Source of the DNA: Sporopachydermia quercuum
Lineage: Eukaryota
Assembly: GCA_001599295.1 (NCBI GenBank)
Contig: BCGN01000011.1
Location: 1 to 64,000 of the forward strand
DNA length: 64,000 nucleotides
Reading direction: 5' to 3'
Positions 11,248 through 23,847 of this stretch are shown piece after piece. The notes beneath the pieces are model-generated. The model was not told the DNA's origin, did not search any database, and saw only the letters and a list, made by a program, of their open reading frames with translations. Both the position numbers and the translations under genes were made by a program. How positions within the stretch are numbered: the first letter of the stretch is position 1; each line of letters starts with the position of its first letter.

Positions 11248-11623
11248 CCATACATAAAAAATTTTAATTTCTATGGGAAATCAGTATTGAGAAAAGTGGA
11301 AATCAGTATCAAGAATCTTTTGTAGATGCTCGATAAAAGAATCAATCATAGAAAGCAGAACTTCAATAAATCATAATTAATCTATCACTGAAGGCTTGGG
11401 TTTGAAGAAGTTCTCGAAGGTTTTTGCATTAGTTAACGAGGTGAGACTTTACTCCATTGTCAATCTAATAATTATTGTCATAGTCATTTCACAGTCCAGT
11501 TGCATTGTATATTTAAAGCTGTGATTTATGGTATCTGGGCGGCGAAAGCAAAAGTACAAAGGAGAAGAAAAGGAAGTCCGTTATAACACTAGCATTCTCA
11601 AATAGTTGATCCAATACGTCAAA

Positions 11624-13234
11624 ATGTCGGATTCATTCTTCACAAAAGCCGGGAAATCAAGAAAGCGAGTGCGAACAACGTCGTTAGCTCCTAAACAGCA
11701 GAAAAGAAATAGAGGCGTAAGTGAGAGCAGTGGACAGCAAACCCATGATGACTCAAGCGACGATCTATCATTATCTGAAGAAGATTCAGACTTAGAAAAC
11801 GGGATAGAAAATGAAGGAAATGAAGGAGATGTTATCGATAGTGATGAGGAATTTGCAGGTGAAACTGCGGCAGATAAACGAAGACGGCTAGCTAAACAGT
11901 ATCTGGAGAATTTGAAAGCTGAAGCTGAAGCTGATGAGTATGGATTTGATGCTAAAGATCTGGATGATGACATTATAGCTAAAAGATTACAAGATGATTC
12001 AGCGGAAGGTAAAGGAAGAATTTACCGATTTATCTCTGACAAGTTGTTGTTGAGAGACAACAAACCTTTGTTCCGTAAGACACCTTTCAACAATATAACA
12101 GCCATTGACGGTAAATTCCCAGACATATTTGTCACATCAAAAGACATCACTCTTTCCAAATGGAGAATGGATAATTTCAATCAAAATCCAACATTGGTGA
12201 AAATCGTTCGAGGTCAAAAGAAAAATAAAAAGTCAAAATTAGGTGAGTTAACGCTGGAGAAAGTTCAAAGCGTTCCTCATACTGATGAAATCCTTACTGT
12301 AGCCGTGAGTCCAGATCAAAGATATGTATGCACAGGTGGCAAGGATAGGAAGTTAGTGATATGGAGTTTAGAAAATTTGGGCTTTGTTAAAGCTCTGGAT
12401 ACAAGGGACAGAAGAGGTGTGGTGAACTCAATTGCGTTTAGAAGAAATTCCGATCAACTATATGCTGCATGTGCAGATTTAAAGATTAGAACATATTCAA
12501 TAGGACAGCAAGCACAGATGGAAACATTATTTGGTCATCAGGATAACGTTATTGATATTAGTGCATTGGGTCAAGAAAGATGTGTGACTGTCGGCTCCCG
12601 GGATAAGACTGCTATGTTATGGAAAATCGTAGAAGAAACCAGACTTACATTCAGAGGTGGTGATGGATTAGCCGATATAAAAGATGAGAATAAAAAGTCA
12701 AGAGCTCAGTATGCAGAAGGAAGTATGGATTGCGTTTCAATGATTGACGATACATATTTTCTCACTGGTAGTGATAATGGTAATATTGCTTTATGGTCTA
12801 TCCAGAAAAAGAAGCCAGTATTCATTCACAGAGTTTCTCACGGAATTGAACCTCAAATTGAATTAAAGCAACACACAGCAGAAGAAAATCCAGAACTAAA
12901 TAGTCTCGTTGTTCCTCCTCCTCAACCATACTGGATCACCAGTATTTATGCCATTCCTTATTCTGACACATTTTTTACTGGATCGTGGGATGGCCATATT
13001 AATGTTTGGAAAATATCACAAGATATGAGGTCTTTTGAACAATTATATTCCATTCCTACACCTAAAGGAATAGTAAATGGCATCAAAGTTCTAGAAACAG
13101 GTGGATATCAAAAGGAGACGTTTTGCCTGATAGCTGCATTATCAAAAGAAATGAAACATGGAAGATGGAAGAAAATCTCTGGGGGCAAAAATGGGATTTT
13201 CTCGTTGAAAATTGACCTACAACAATTAGCTTAA
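11624..13234 (+). CDS. RRP9: U3 snoRNP-associated WD40 protein Rrp9 (U3-55K)
   Basis: ATG at 11624 (MSDSFF). Motifs 'ETAADKRRRLAKQYLENL', 'ETLFGHQD...ISALGQERCVTVGSRDKTAMLWKIVEETRLTFRGG' and 'GSDNGNIALWSIQKKKP'. Confidence 0.96.
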   Translation: MSDSFFTKAGKSRKRVRTTSLAPKQQKRNRGVSESSGQQTHDDSSDDLSLSEEDSDLENGIENEGNEGDVIDSDEEFAGETAADKRRRLAKQYLENLKAEAEADEYGFDAKDLDDDIIAKRLQDDSAEGKGRIYRFISDKLLLRDNKPLFRKTPFNNITAIDGKFPDIFVTSKDITLSKWRMDNFNQNPTLVKIVRGQKKNKKSKLGELTLEKVQSVPHTDEILTVAVSPDQRYVCTGGKDRKLVIWSLENLGFVKALDTRDRRGVVNSIAFRRNSDQLYAACADLKIRTYSIGQQAQMETLFGHQDNVIDISALGQERCVTVGSRDKTAMLWKIVEETRLTFRGGDGLADIKDENKKSRAQYAEGSMDCVSMIDDTYFLTGSDNGNIALWSIQKKKPVFIHRVSHGIEPQIELKQHTAEENPELNSLVVPPPQPYWITSIYAIPYSDTFFTGSWDGHINVWKISQDMRSFEQLYSIPTPKGIVNGIKVLETGGYQKETFCLIAALSKEMKHGRWKKISGGKNGIFSLKIDLQQLA

Positions 13235-15479
13235 ATGTTTGTATATACTACGTCAGATTATTACATGCATCTACCTTATATAACTCATATCAATCACCTT
13301 TTATTACCAATTAATGTACAAGAATAGTGAAATATTACTCTTTCAGCATATTCATATCTATGAGCTTTATTTATTTCCTTATTATAAGAAACCGCATTAT
13401 CTCGTAAATGGAAAACACTAACAAGCATCAAAAGATACCAAGGCAGCATTAATAGTGTTGGTAGCGAAACTTCTCTCGTGGTAAGATAAGCTATGAAATA
13501 ATATATGAAATAGCTCTTCTTCTTTCCTTGACTTCACACCAAAAAGCCAATCAAATTCATACATAATCTGCATAAATTATATTCCATACCTGGAATCACG
13601 AAATTTATCAGGTAGTTTTCTTGGGCGTATTCTACAGCTGCTGATCTCTCATCTATGGTTTTATGACCTGTGTCGAATAACACAGTGAGCCATATAATAG
13701 TGCCTAAACAACTACTTATAATCTTCAATTACTAGATTAGCTATATACATCATTAAGTGTTCTACTGAGCCCTGACCGAGCCCCTCGAATTATTTTAAAT
13801 GAGTGTAAGTTTCTATTATCAGATTCTGATAGTCTTCATGTAGTTCATTTATAGCCCCCAGAATTCTCTCGGTTAATATCACGCCAATGTGTCTTCTGTT
13901 GCAAGATCTGATTCATCATAGTCATAAGGCATTAGAAGGCCTATCCTGACCTTCAGCTCAAAGGATATATAACTGACATCTTCTATTGCATGAATAATAT
14001 CACCAATCTTGAAAAAATATAACGAACGCTATCAAATTGCCAGAATAACTGTTAACAAAGCGCTCTTGAAAGAACACCTGTGATATACAGCTTTTCCTTT
14101 TGATTCTTTATATATAGTCCAAAGGCTTCGGCGGTGAGTGCCTCTAGCACGCCTGCTGGTTTCAGCTGAAATAACTTTTCATTCTTCACACCTGAATGCT
14201 TTTTCTCCGTCATAATATTGAAATTAGTCGCATTATGATCTCCATACTCTCTTTAGCGAAATCCTCGGTCGGAATGCTATTTTATGACGTATTTCTCCAT
14301 AAATTGGGTAACTTGTAGATGTACTTTTAATTCTAAAGTAGATGTTCAGATAAAATTTCGGAAATAATAAAAGGTCACAGATGAGTAAAACAAAAAATAG
14401 GAAACTATATACCGCGCGCATGAATGGCAGCGGGAACACTACAATGAAGTAATGGAATATTCCAACTCTTAGCAAAACCAATAAAGCATAATAAGATCAG
14501 AATTAGATAGGGCCTTATTTGCTAAAGAAATGGTATTTGATCGACACGATTTATCGGAAATTTCTTAATAGAAGACTTGGATCAAGCTTGTAACATTACT
14601 TGCTGATTAACTTGAAGTCTCTACTCGTTTGGGCATATTATCCCTGAAAAATTCCACCAGTAGCTATTATATACAACCATAGTTAGAAGTGACTAGTGAA
14701 GACGAAAAGATCTACTGCTTTTATAAATAAATAATAAACATCAAAATAAACAATAAATATTTGTTATTACCTTTTGTTAGTTTCTGCTTAGAGACCAGTC
14801 CCGTCCCAAGCTCAAACATTACAAAAGAAACATGTATCCAGGCAGTCAGTTGACTCATGCACATGAAACTGGTAATGTTCCATGAAATATCGAGTACTAG
14901 CGAAGACTTCTTCCTACCCGATGGAAGAATGGAAGAGATTGCTGTTACAAAGGTCAAGAAACTCAAAGCTATTGTAAATTAAAATGATTATATAAAACTG
15001 AATAAGATATGAGTAGAACTCAAGATTATTTAATACTATTTTGCATTGTAGATCAGTGTTTGGGGTCAAGGTTTAATAGGGAAAGGAATTCTTGGTTCAA
15101 GAGATCTACTGGTGCACTAAATAGTAAATAAAAAGTCCATATTAACCTATAAAAAGTCACGACTATAATAGAATATGACTGATGAAAGGTTGATAAAAAA
15201 CCGAAAGCCATTTAGATAAATCATTTTTATCACTGACTCGAAATATAATATACAACCATCAGTTAGCACTATTCACTGCAGTCAAGTAAAATGAAAAAAG
15301 CATTACCGAATTCTAAAACTGAAATAACAAATAACCAACCAATCATCTATAACAAACTAAGCAAATGACTAATGGGTATCTATAAAACAAAACTATAATA
15401 GCATACACGGCCCTCCCGTAAACAAACACACACATACGCATACGCACACACACACATACAGTACCACCATCTAAAAATG

Positions 15480-16061
15480 TTAAATCAACATTCCAATTGC
15501 AACAGCAGCAGCTAATGATAAATAACCAGAAGCAGCGCCTGCAGAGAAAGCACCATCTTCGGAAGAAGTTTCTGCACTTTCAGTAGTAGCAGATGGTGTA
15601 GTTGAATCAGATGTTACTGCAGCAGAAGAACTGGTTCGACTTCGGGAAGAAGGAGCAGATGTGTTGGAAAAAGTTGTTGAATCAATAGCTGTTGAATTAA
15701 TAGCTGTAGAAGTATTGTTGTATAGTGACCTTGTTAACAATGTTGTTTTCTTTGAGGTGGGCTTAGCAGTTGTGGTATTGAAATGAGTACTTGTTTTTGA
15801 AATAGAGCTGCTTCTCTTAGTGCTTGAAGATTCAATAGAACTAGAGTTGGTGCTAGTTGTAGTGTTATCAAGACCCTCACTGGCAACAGCAAATAAACCT
15901 GGATTTGCTGACAAAGAAGCAACAGACACAAGACTAGCGGTTTCGAGAGGATAGTCAACAAATTCAGTATGTGTAATGGTGAATCTGGATGTTGTTGTTT
16001 CTTCTGCTGCAACCATAGCAGCTGAAGCAACTAGGATGGCAGTAGCGGTTCCAAACTTCAT
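15480..16061 (-). CDS. Small Ser/Thr-rich, probably GPI-anchored cell-wall protein
   Basis: Signal peptide MKFGTATAILVASAAMVAA, Ser/Thr-rich body with N-x-T/S sites, and a C-terminal small-residue omega region (..EDGA..) followed by a hydrophobic tail LSLAAAVAIGMLI. Confidence 0.85.
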   Translation of the reverse strand: MKFGTATAILVASAAMVAAEETTTSRFTITHTEFVDYPLETASLVSVASLSANPGLFAVASEGLDNTTTSTNSSSIESSSTKRSSSISKTSTHFNTTTAKPTSKKTTLLTRSLYNNTSTAINSTAIDSTTFSNTSAPSSRSRTSSSAAVTSDSTTPSATTESAETSSEDGAFSAGAASGYLSLAAAVAIGMLI

Positions 16062-19000
16062 ATTGAATTAGCGCGTTTTGTAATGTTATCAATAGCGACA
16101 ATTGTTAATGTTGGTAGTGTTCAAGTTAATTTTCGTGTTCGGTCGAACTAAGAGTCAAGGATTTAATTGTTGTGATATGAAAGTATTACTAACTCGGATA
16201 CTAAAGGAATGACTGGAGTTAGACAATTGATCTTTCTGATTCAAATTGAGTTATCAAACAAAACTTGATTAACTGACAAATCTTTAGACTAGGTAGAAAA
16301 AGAGAAATAGAAGAAATGTGGTTCTGTTGATGACATCAGAGAGGAAGGTGGAAAAAGAAAGAGAAAGGAATCGAAACAGAAAGTAAGAAATGGGGAATGG
16401 GGAGGATCAGAAGTCAAATAATTCTTAAGATTAAAGTTCGATTGTTTGAAAGAGCAAGGTTTCGCTAGGACCAGAACTCTAAACTATATTGTAGCAAATA
16501 GTGGTAACTTTAAATACTAAGGGCCCAAGTGAACCGTCAGCAGATACCAATTATGACTATGGAGTATTTTTTATTAAGTTAAGATAAAATATACCCGGAA
16601 ACTGTTTGAGAATGAAAGAATTTTATTAAAGAATGATACGCTTTTATGACTGAGCAGTCAGAAGAAAAGAAAGATGGTTGAAGTCAGTAGTTCCTTCTTC
16701 GTCATCAGAAGGAGAACTGATTTCATAGGTGTCAGCTGTTTCACCTTGCTGTTGTTTAGGGATAAGCTGAGATGCATATTTTTCATTTTCGTTTTACAAT
16801 ATATATTTCTGGTATTCAAGTACTGTTATTATGACGATAGTGCTCGGAGTTCTATTATAAGGATATCTTTCTACGAGAACAAGCAAATTGATCCTTCATT
16901 TCTATTTGATCTAGGTGCTTGTTTATCAAAAAATTGACCTGTTGTTTTTTGATTTAGTTCAAAGAGTATAACTAACGTTATATATAACAGACACAAAGTT
17001 GGGTATTTGTTTTATTTATTTTCATCCAGATGTAGAATGAATTTGTCAGAATACATTTTAAGTTGCAAATGAAAATAACATATTTGAAGTTTAGTTCTTT
17101 TTTGTTAGTGGAGTATTTAAGAGCAGTAGGCACTTTATTTAGTCTTTGGAATTTGAACAATCGTTCTAACCTTAAATGCACTTTTAGCTGTCAATAACTA
17201 CAAAAACATTATTAGCTTGAACCTTATAGTTCTTTTTGATCGTTTCTATCCCAATTCTGTTCTTGAGTTCCCAATTTACACAGTGGTCTCTGAACTCATA
17301 ATTCCATACATAATTCTTCCGGTAATATATTTTTCAGAATCGCTATATAACTTGTGGCTGAAAAGATCATCAAATCTGATCGCGAGCTCAAATAATCGTT
17401 TATTGTATTGCAGGAGACAATTAAACCTTCATATTTGAACTCAGTGTGATCCAGGTATCTGAAGCAATGATTCTGTTTAGCTGGAAAAGACTATGAATCA
17501 ACTCTGAAGGTATATTTATACCTATCCACTGTTCGTTAATCGAAATTCAAGTCTTATTACCGAGAGATTTAACCCAATTGGTTTCCTGTTTCCTCCAATT
17601 ACTTATCACGGGCTTATTAGGGGCTTATCACGGTGACGAATTGCCATCCCTACTATACAGTACGAGTTTGCTAAAAATCCCTATATTCAGTAGATGACCA
17701 ACCTCTTTCATTATTCAGTGTATCATAGATGTAGCAAACTTGTATCATATCATATCCATAGATTCAACTATCGATCCCCATATGAATTCTGGAAACCGAA
17801 ACTATAACCCCATTAATGTCAAAACAGATCAATTATTAGTTAGCCAAGTATTCAGCGAACTATATTATCGAGTCGACTGAACTGTTCAAAGCATTACCTT
17901 TTCTGGCTTGTACAAGGGTAGTATAGCCTATTTAGACCCTAACTCTATTGTATAAATTTAACTGGTTGAATCATCCAACAAATAAGTCTTACGAGATACC
18001 TTTCTGAAATTAGTTGCATTATTGAGATATTATGTAAACTTTATATTTAAGAATCAGTTTGAAAACAACGAAGTATTCTGAATTTTGAATTACGTATGCT
18101 GTGTGAATAAAGGGTTTCTAGTAGTATGGATGAATATTGATATTATTGTAAGGTAAGGAGCCACTTCTACAACTTCAATTAAATCATATATATGCAAAAA
18201 GATTCGTAGCTATCTTGGAATTTAACTATAAGAGAAGAGTAGATGAGATAATGTGTTAAGCAAAATTAGTAAAAGTCAAATGTGACCTAAGAAGCACTAC
18301 GTAGCAATGTAGCAATCTTGCACCAGAAGATATTTTGCGGATAATGAGATCTACCTCTAAAAGAGGCTGTCCAGGAAGCCTCAGCAAAGTATCGAACAGA
18401 TGTCAATCAATAGAATACCCAATGTAGAAGTCAATTTACGAGGATGTTCATATACTTTCTACTGATTATATCATGGGATGAGATGGATAGTTAGTTAATT
18501 TGAAAGGAGATACCAAGATCATACACATTTTACTTGAATAGTTCCTGAGGAGAAAGAAGAAAATGGGAAAGATATATAATATAACTGAAACAATGTTCTG
18601 AATACTTTGAAAACTAAGATTGATTGTTGTATGTTCTCTTCCTATTTTTATTTGACCCAGGTTCAGAGATTCTCATTGGGCATAAGATGAATTTCATAAT
18701 CCTAATACAGACATTCAATACTCTTCATGAGGCAAGCGAAATTGCAAACAAAAGACATGTGATGGATTTGACATGTGATGACATAACGTCTAGCTCCATT
18801 TCAACCTGACAGATTAGGTTTCAATTTTTTGACTCAATAATTGAGAAATACTCCATACCTCCTAGTTATGACACAGGATAATAAACTGAAGATTCCATTA
18901 AAATGTATCTGTTTTCAAAACGCATGTTGCTGATCTATGCTGAACTGTATGATAAACCGAAAACATTTACTAAAGTAGTATCTGAAGAACATTCCACACA

Positions 19001-19498
19001 GCAACTTGCATATGGTATATTCTTTTTGAAGTGACAGCAAACAATACTTTCATAGTATTTAGTGTTTCCGTTTCAGAAATTTGGATTTTTCTTTTTCTTT
19101 TTCTTTTTCTTTTTCTTTTCAATCCAAATCTACAATTAATTATACAAATTTCTATGGATTCTCATCTAAAGATGTAGAGATCTCCTCTAAGCTCATTCCA
19201 ATGTATGTGTGTAGCTTGTTTCACTTAAGCTCATTCTAATGCAATGTCATGCAGGATGTAATACCTAAACTCAATTGAAGCCAGCCATTTTTCTACAATT
19301 ACAAGGTTTTTCTTGATCTTCCAAATACAAATCCATTATCTTTCATTTGATTTAAAAATCATCCTTTCTTGTTATTGAATTCTTGTTTGCTTTTACTTCA
19401 TAACACTTGTTACTGTTAGTCACCAACATTAGCGTACTGCGTACTGCTAAAACCTAGAGTAAGTCAATGCAACTCCTTAACAACGTTACATAGATACA

Positions 19499-20695
19499 AT
19501 GACTACAGTTATATCAAATAGACATCTACAACCTCATACTTACAATCCAATCGCACATTCTGACGGCTACGGATCCTGCAATGAAGATCTCAATTACTCA
19601 GATTACAATGAAGACGGGCTGAATGTTCCGAAGTTCGCATCTCGACAGACCCAATCAGCTCCCACAATGAAAATAAATAGTGTCTACAACTCCAGAAACA
19701 AAAAACTACCCAAGAATCCCGAAGTTCCAAAAAAGACAAAAACAAGTGTAAGCTCTGGATTGCCAAAAAGCTTTTTCAAAAAACCTACAAGGCCTTCACC
19801 AACACTAGAAGAGATTCGATCGATGTCTACTGAAGCATTGGTTGATCTTGCATTTGACAATGGACCTAAAAAGAAGACTTTCATGTCAAATTTCAAGGAT
19901 GAAGAATCAGAGAGTCTTTATCACTTTGAAATACCAGAAACTGAACAGCTGGTTCCCCAGTCAGCTTTGATTGAACCAACAAAAGAGAAACGCAGAGTAC
20001 ATAGTTCGCCAAATGTACATTCAGGTTCTCAGTCAGCACCTTCGTATAGTTCTGTTCGAAGAAATAGAGGTGAAGATGTATACCTATGTGTAAATAATGG
20101 ATCATACATGTGGGACAAGAATCCTTATAAGCTAGCTGAGGAAGAAGAACAGCAAAAGATTGCTAGTAAAATTGGAAGCTGGAGCTATTGTCTTTGGAAT
20201 TTGGCTTCGACTGCAGGATCCGGAATAGGTAATTTGATATCACCAAGAGAAGCTCTACAGATTACTGTCACTGATGAGGATGAAACATTAATGACAAATA
20301 CAAGAAACAAATCAATCAACAGCCAATACAAATCAACTAAAGATGAGAATTTATCGTCTTCTTCCTGGAAAGGTATAAGTCATATCCATGATAAAATCAA
20401 AAAGCTCACCTTTCGAGCAAGATCTGCGGATATGATCAAAAAAATTACTCCCAGTACACGAGGATACCTATTCAATAAGAGCGGAAATTCAATTCCAAAT
20501 ATCGTTGAAAATAATGACTCACAAGTAAACAATGAAGAGGAAGTGGTGACAGCTAAATCTGGCTTCGCCAGGTATCTTTCGTTTGGTAGAATGATCATAG
20601 TGGGCTGGGCACTATACCAATTTCCTAGTATCATTAGCTATTTGTCGTGGTGTTTGAAAACAATTATACTATTACCCATGAGGTTACTGTTCTGA
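19499..20695 (+). CDS. Hypothetical protein (398 aa), mostly disordered, with a C-terminal hydrophobic/membrane segment
   Basis: Long ORF in AT-rich DNA with an ACA-ATG start context. Ser/Lys/Asn-rich, ending 'MIIVGWALYQFPSIISYLSWCLKTIILLPMRLLF'. Family not recognised. Confidence 0.75.
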   Translation: MTTVISNRHLQPHTYNPIAHSDGYGSCNEDLNYSDYNEDGLNVPKFASRQTQSAPTMKINSVYNSRNKKLPKNPEVPKKTKTSVSSGLPKSFFKKPTRPSPTLEEIRSMSTEALVDLAFDNGPKKKTFMSNFKDEESESLYHFEIPETEQLVPQSALIEPTKEKRRVHSSPNVHSGSQSAPSYSSVRRNRGEDVYLCVNNGSYMWDKNPYKLAEEEEQQKIASKIGSWSYCLWNLASTAGSGIGNLISPREALQITVTDEDETLMTNTRNKSINSQYKSTKDENLSSSSWKGISHIHDKIKKLTFRARSADMIKKITPSTRGYLFNKSGNSIPNIVENNDSQVNNEEEVVTAKSGFARYLSFGRMIIVGWALYQFPSIISYLSWCLKTIILLPMRLLF

Positions 20696-21492
20696 TTAAA
20701 GCATCTGTCTTATAATGAATCTCTTTTATGCACTGTTTTTAACACAAGAACAACTATCATAGTCGTTTTAAGAAACGGAACAGCGACAGGTTCTTGTTCT
20801 CTTTTCCTTGGTAATAATAGATTACGTAACAGTTATATTTTTTCAATACTATCAAGTATTTCACACACCATATATCTGTAATGGGACTAATTGTGAGTTG
20901 CTCTATATAGATAGCTAGATTGATAGCAGCAGATCATAGGACAATAATAAGAAAAATATAGTTGTTATCTATACAATCTAAAATGAAAAATTAAATCGAT
21001 AGAAGTTTAAAACAAGCGGAGAAATTTTTTTCCCACAGTATTTCCTTCATTTTATTTTTCTTCCATTTCAGTAGATAGTAGATTGTGATGGGACGCTTCG
21101 GACAATGGTCTCGTACATTGGCTACCTTTCATTAATGTCCTAGAGCAAGTAACTGAAAAATAGATATTCGTTCATCTCCAATACATAAGTAATTATTCAA
21201 ACTAAAAATAGTGCTATAATACTTGTCAGAAAAGCAAACATTTGCATATATTCATAAATTCGAGCCCAAAGTATCTACATATTAGAAGAGCTTGGTGTCG
21301 TCGGTCAGCTTTTCTTTGCTGAGACTAAGTGATCTTTGATACCTTTTACCTTTGTATAACTGTGGCACGGTTATCATTATGGAAGGACAGTATATCAATA
21401 GTTCAACAATATTATATTCAAGCATACCTTTAGAATTTCAGATTACACAAAATTGATTCCACTACCATAAGAATATTAGCACCATACAGAAA

Positions 21493-23463
21493 ATGTCTGA
21501 TTCAACAGGATTTTCGACGAAACTACAGTCATATCCTTCAACGGACCTAAAGATTCAGCTAACTCAAAGGAACATTACAACTTGGCAGAAACTAGTTGAT
21601 AGTTGGACAACTGTTTTGAAATACGATATAAATCTAGTGGCTAAGGAAAAGAATTCCGAAAAGAAGGAAGAACTTCTAAATGAATTGCGCAGCTTCATAA
21701 CATCATATTTATTATGTCAGAGCGAATTGAGCATCAATTTTGTTCCAAGCAAGATAAAAGGATCTTACCTTGCTGCTTATCGTAAAAAGGAGAAAGAATT
21801 CAATGAACTGATTTTGAGAGTGTCATTATATTTGCACTCAATACAAGTGTTCCGTACTCTTGATGATGATTTATTTTGGATGTTTTTACGGGTTTTTTAT
21901 TCTTTGCCGTTGCTTGTTGTTTCTTTACTGAAAACTAGAGATATTACACAGCAAGTAAGAACGATAGTATGTCAGAGATTAGAAGCAAACACATTTGACG
22001 ACAAAGATTTAGCAGTATCTGTTTTAATTCTTACTGATAGGGAACTGAAGAGCATACTCGCGGCAAAAGACTTCATCCAACAATTAGAACAAGTGGAACT
22101 ATTAGATCAAGGTATTACGGATTATGGTGATGAGAAGCCAGAGAGTCAATTGATCAGATTTCTAATGTTAGTGCTTTTAGCTTTGGATGGCGATGAATTC
22201 AGAAGTATGCTTACTGCTCTAGACATATCAAATCATAAACAACTCGTATCATCAATCTACAAAAGACTTTCTAGTACGGTATGCCATCCATTGTTTTTAG
22301 AAGAAGCATCTAAAGATATTGTGCGACAATATTCCATACCCGCCAAATTCTTATCAGCAAGTAAACAAGATATAGACAGCTTGGTTGATATTTTCCCACA
22401 ATTGACATTTGATAAGGCTGAAGAAATCCTTTTAGATCATGATAATGATTTAGAGAATGCAACCAGCTTTTTGCTTGAGAACCCTGATGAAGCAAGAAAG
22501 CCAGTTAGAGGGGCTCGTAAGTCGAAATACGACAATGATGATATATCAAGACTTAATTTTTCGAAAGTCAAATTGTTGCACTCTGGAGATAACGATGATA
22601 ACGAGTTTTCAAGCATTGATGCAGAAGAAAGTTCTGTGAAATCTAAAAGTTTAGAAGTCACGTTAAGACTATTATATCAAGCAGATGAAGACGAGCGTGA
22701 TGATACATATGATGAAGCAGAAGCATTTAATTCAAGAGAGAAATCAATAACTAATATGAAACCTACCAACAAGAGATTTAATAGTAAGAAGAATGTGGAA
22801 CTTATTTTTGACAATGATGATGATCTTGATGTTGATGATACTAGTGCTTCTAGTAGCACCTTGATATCAGACGATAAATATGATCAAAGACGTGATAGAG
22901 AATCTGTTGGTGACACTTCTGCAGAAGCAGAAGCAAATAGAAAAGAACTTTTTCTATGGCTTGAGTTCAAAGACAGTCCAAATGCTTTCACAGTGGATTA
23001 TCGAAAGACAGAGATAAGGCAGAAAATGATATATAAACTAAAATGGACGAATGAACAGATTGAAGGTTGGGCTAGAATAATTCAACAAGAACCTGAAAGA
23101 GCTCGTGCATTACAAGAACTAGAATTAGACTACATTGATGTTGTAAGAAGCCATCCTGTTGAATCTATTGTTAGAAACTTCTCGTCCTCAAAGGTCAAAA
23201 TAGGTAAAAAGTCACTACGAAGCGGTAATGGTGTCACTTCTACGGGTAGCAATAAGGGTAATTCTAATCATACTAAGAAAAAAGAAGAAAGTGGAAGTGG
23301 TAATAATAAACAGAAAGGAAAAGATGGAGATAAAAATGAGGGAAACAAAACTAATACAAAGAACAAAAATGCTACTAGGAATAAGACTCAGAATAAAGCC
23401 AGTGGTGGTAATCACAATAGAAAAGCTGGTCATGCAAAGAAAATGGCAAGAGCAGGGATGTAA
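21493..23463 (+). CDS. CUE3: CUE-domain RQT complex subunit Cue3/Rqt3 (ASCC2 homolog)
   Basis: CUE domain 'IDSLVDIFPQLT...ILLDHDNDLENATSFLLE', ASCC2-type 'DEDERDDTYD', 'WTNEQIEGWARI' and the C-terminal 'NHNRKAGHAKKMARAGM'. Confidence 0.88.
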   Translation: MSDSTGFSTKLQSYPSTDLKIQLTQRNITTWQKLVDSWTTVLKYDINLVAKEKNSEKKEELLNELRSFITSYLLCQSELSINFVPSKIKGSYLAAYRKKEKEFNELILRVSLYLHSIQVFRTLDDDLFWMFLRVFYSLPLLVVSLLKTRDITQQVRTIVCQRLEANTFDDKDLAVSVLILTDRELKSILAAKDFIQQLEQVELLDQGITDYGDEKPESQLIRFLMLVLLALDGDEFRSMLTALDISNHKQLVSSIYKRLSSTVCHPLFLEEASKDIVRQYSIPAKFLSASKQDIDSLVDIFPQLTFDKAEEILLDHDNDLENATSFLLENPDEARKPVRGARKSKYDNDDISRLNFSKVKLLHSGDNDDNEFSSIDAEESSVKSKSLEVTLRLLYQADEDERDDTYDEAEAFNSREKSITNMKPTNKRFNSKKNVELIFDNDDDLDVDDTSASSSTLISDDKYDQRRDRESVGDTSAEAEANRKELFLWLEFKDSPNAFTVDYRKTEIRQKMIYKLKWTNEQIEGWARIIQQEPERARALQELELDYIDVVRSHPVESIVRNFSSSKVKIGKKSLRSGNGVTSTGSNKGNSNHTKKKEESGSGNNKQKGKDGDKNEGNKTNTKNKNATRNKTQNKASGGNHNRKAGHAKKMARAGM

Positions 23464-23847
23464 AAATAATTGTATGTGAATATAACAAAGCAAAATGCTA
23501 CCATATTGAACTGCATATGTATACTTATAGAATCTGATAGTCTTATGAAATGGACTCTTTATGTTTTGTATGTTGTTTTATATATAATAGAGAATGTATG
23601 ATGCCGAACGATTTTCTATGTGTTGTGAATTGTTATTCAGTAGGCAATACTGAAGTTTTTCTTAACTAGATGTGCATGAAGTTTAACAGCCATTTACATC
23701 CATCAAATNGCAATCAAATCAAAATTTATGCGTTTAATGGTAGATTTCCTTTTATATTACAACATTATTGACACAACGTAATAACTAGAATTATCCGTTC
23801 TCAGCTCATCTGCTTTATTTGGTATATTAATCATTTGAATTGAACTA

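Noticed and set aside
4490..11449. Identical 12-mer GAGGTGAGACTT upstream of NDUFA8 (4490) and RRP9 (11438), as possible 5'UTR intron donors
   Set aside because: I saw no convincing CTAAC branch before the candidate AGs, an ATG-AG mini-exon at 4488 does not splice in frame with NDUFA8, and repeated 12-mers are expected by chance in 64 kb.
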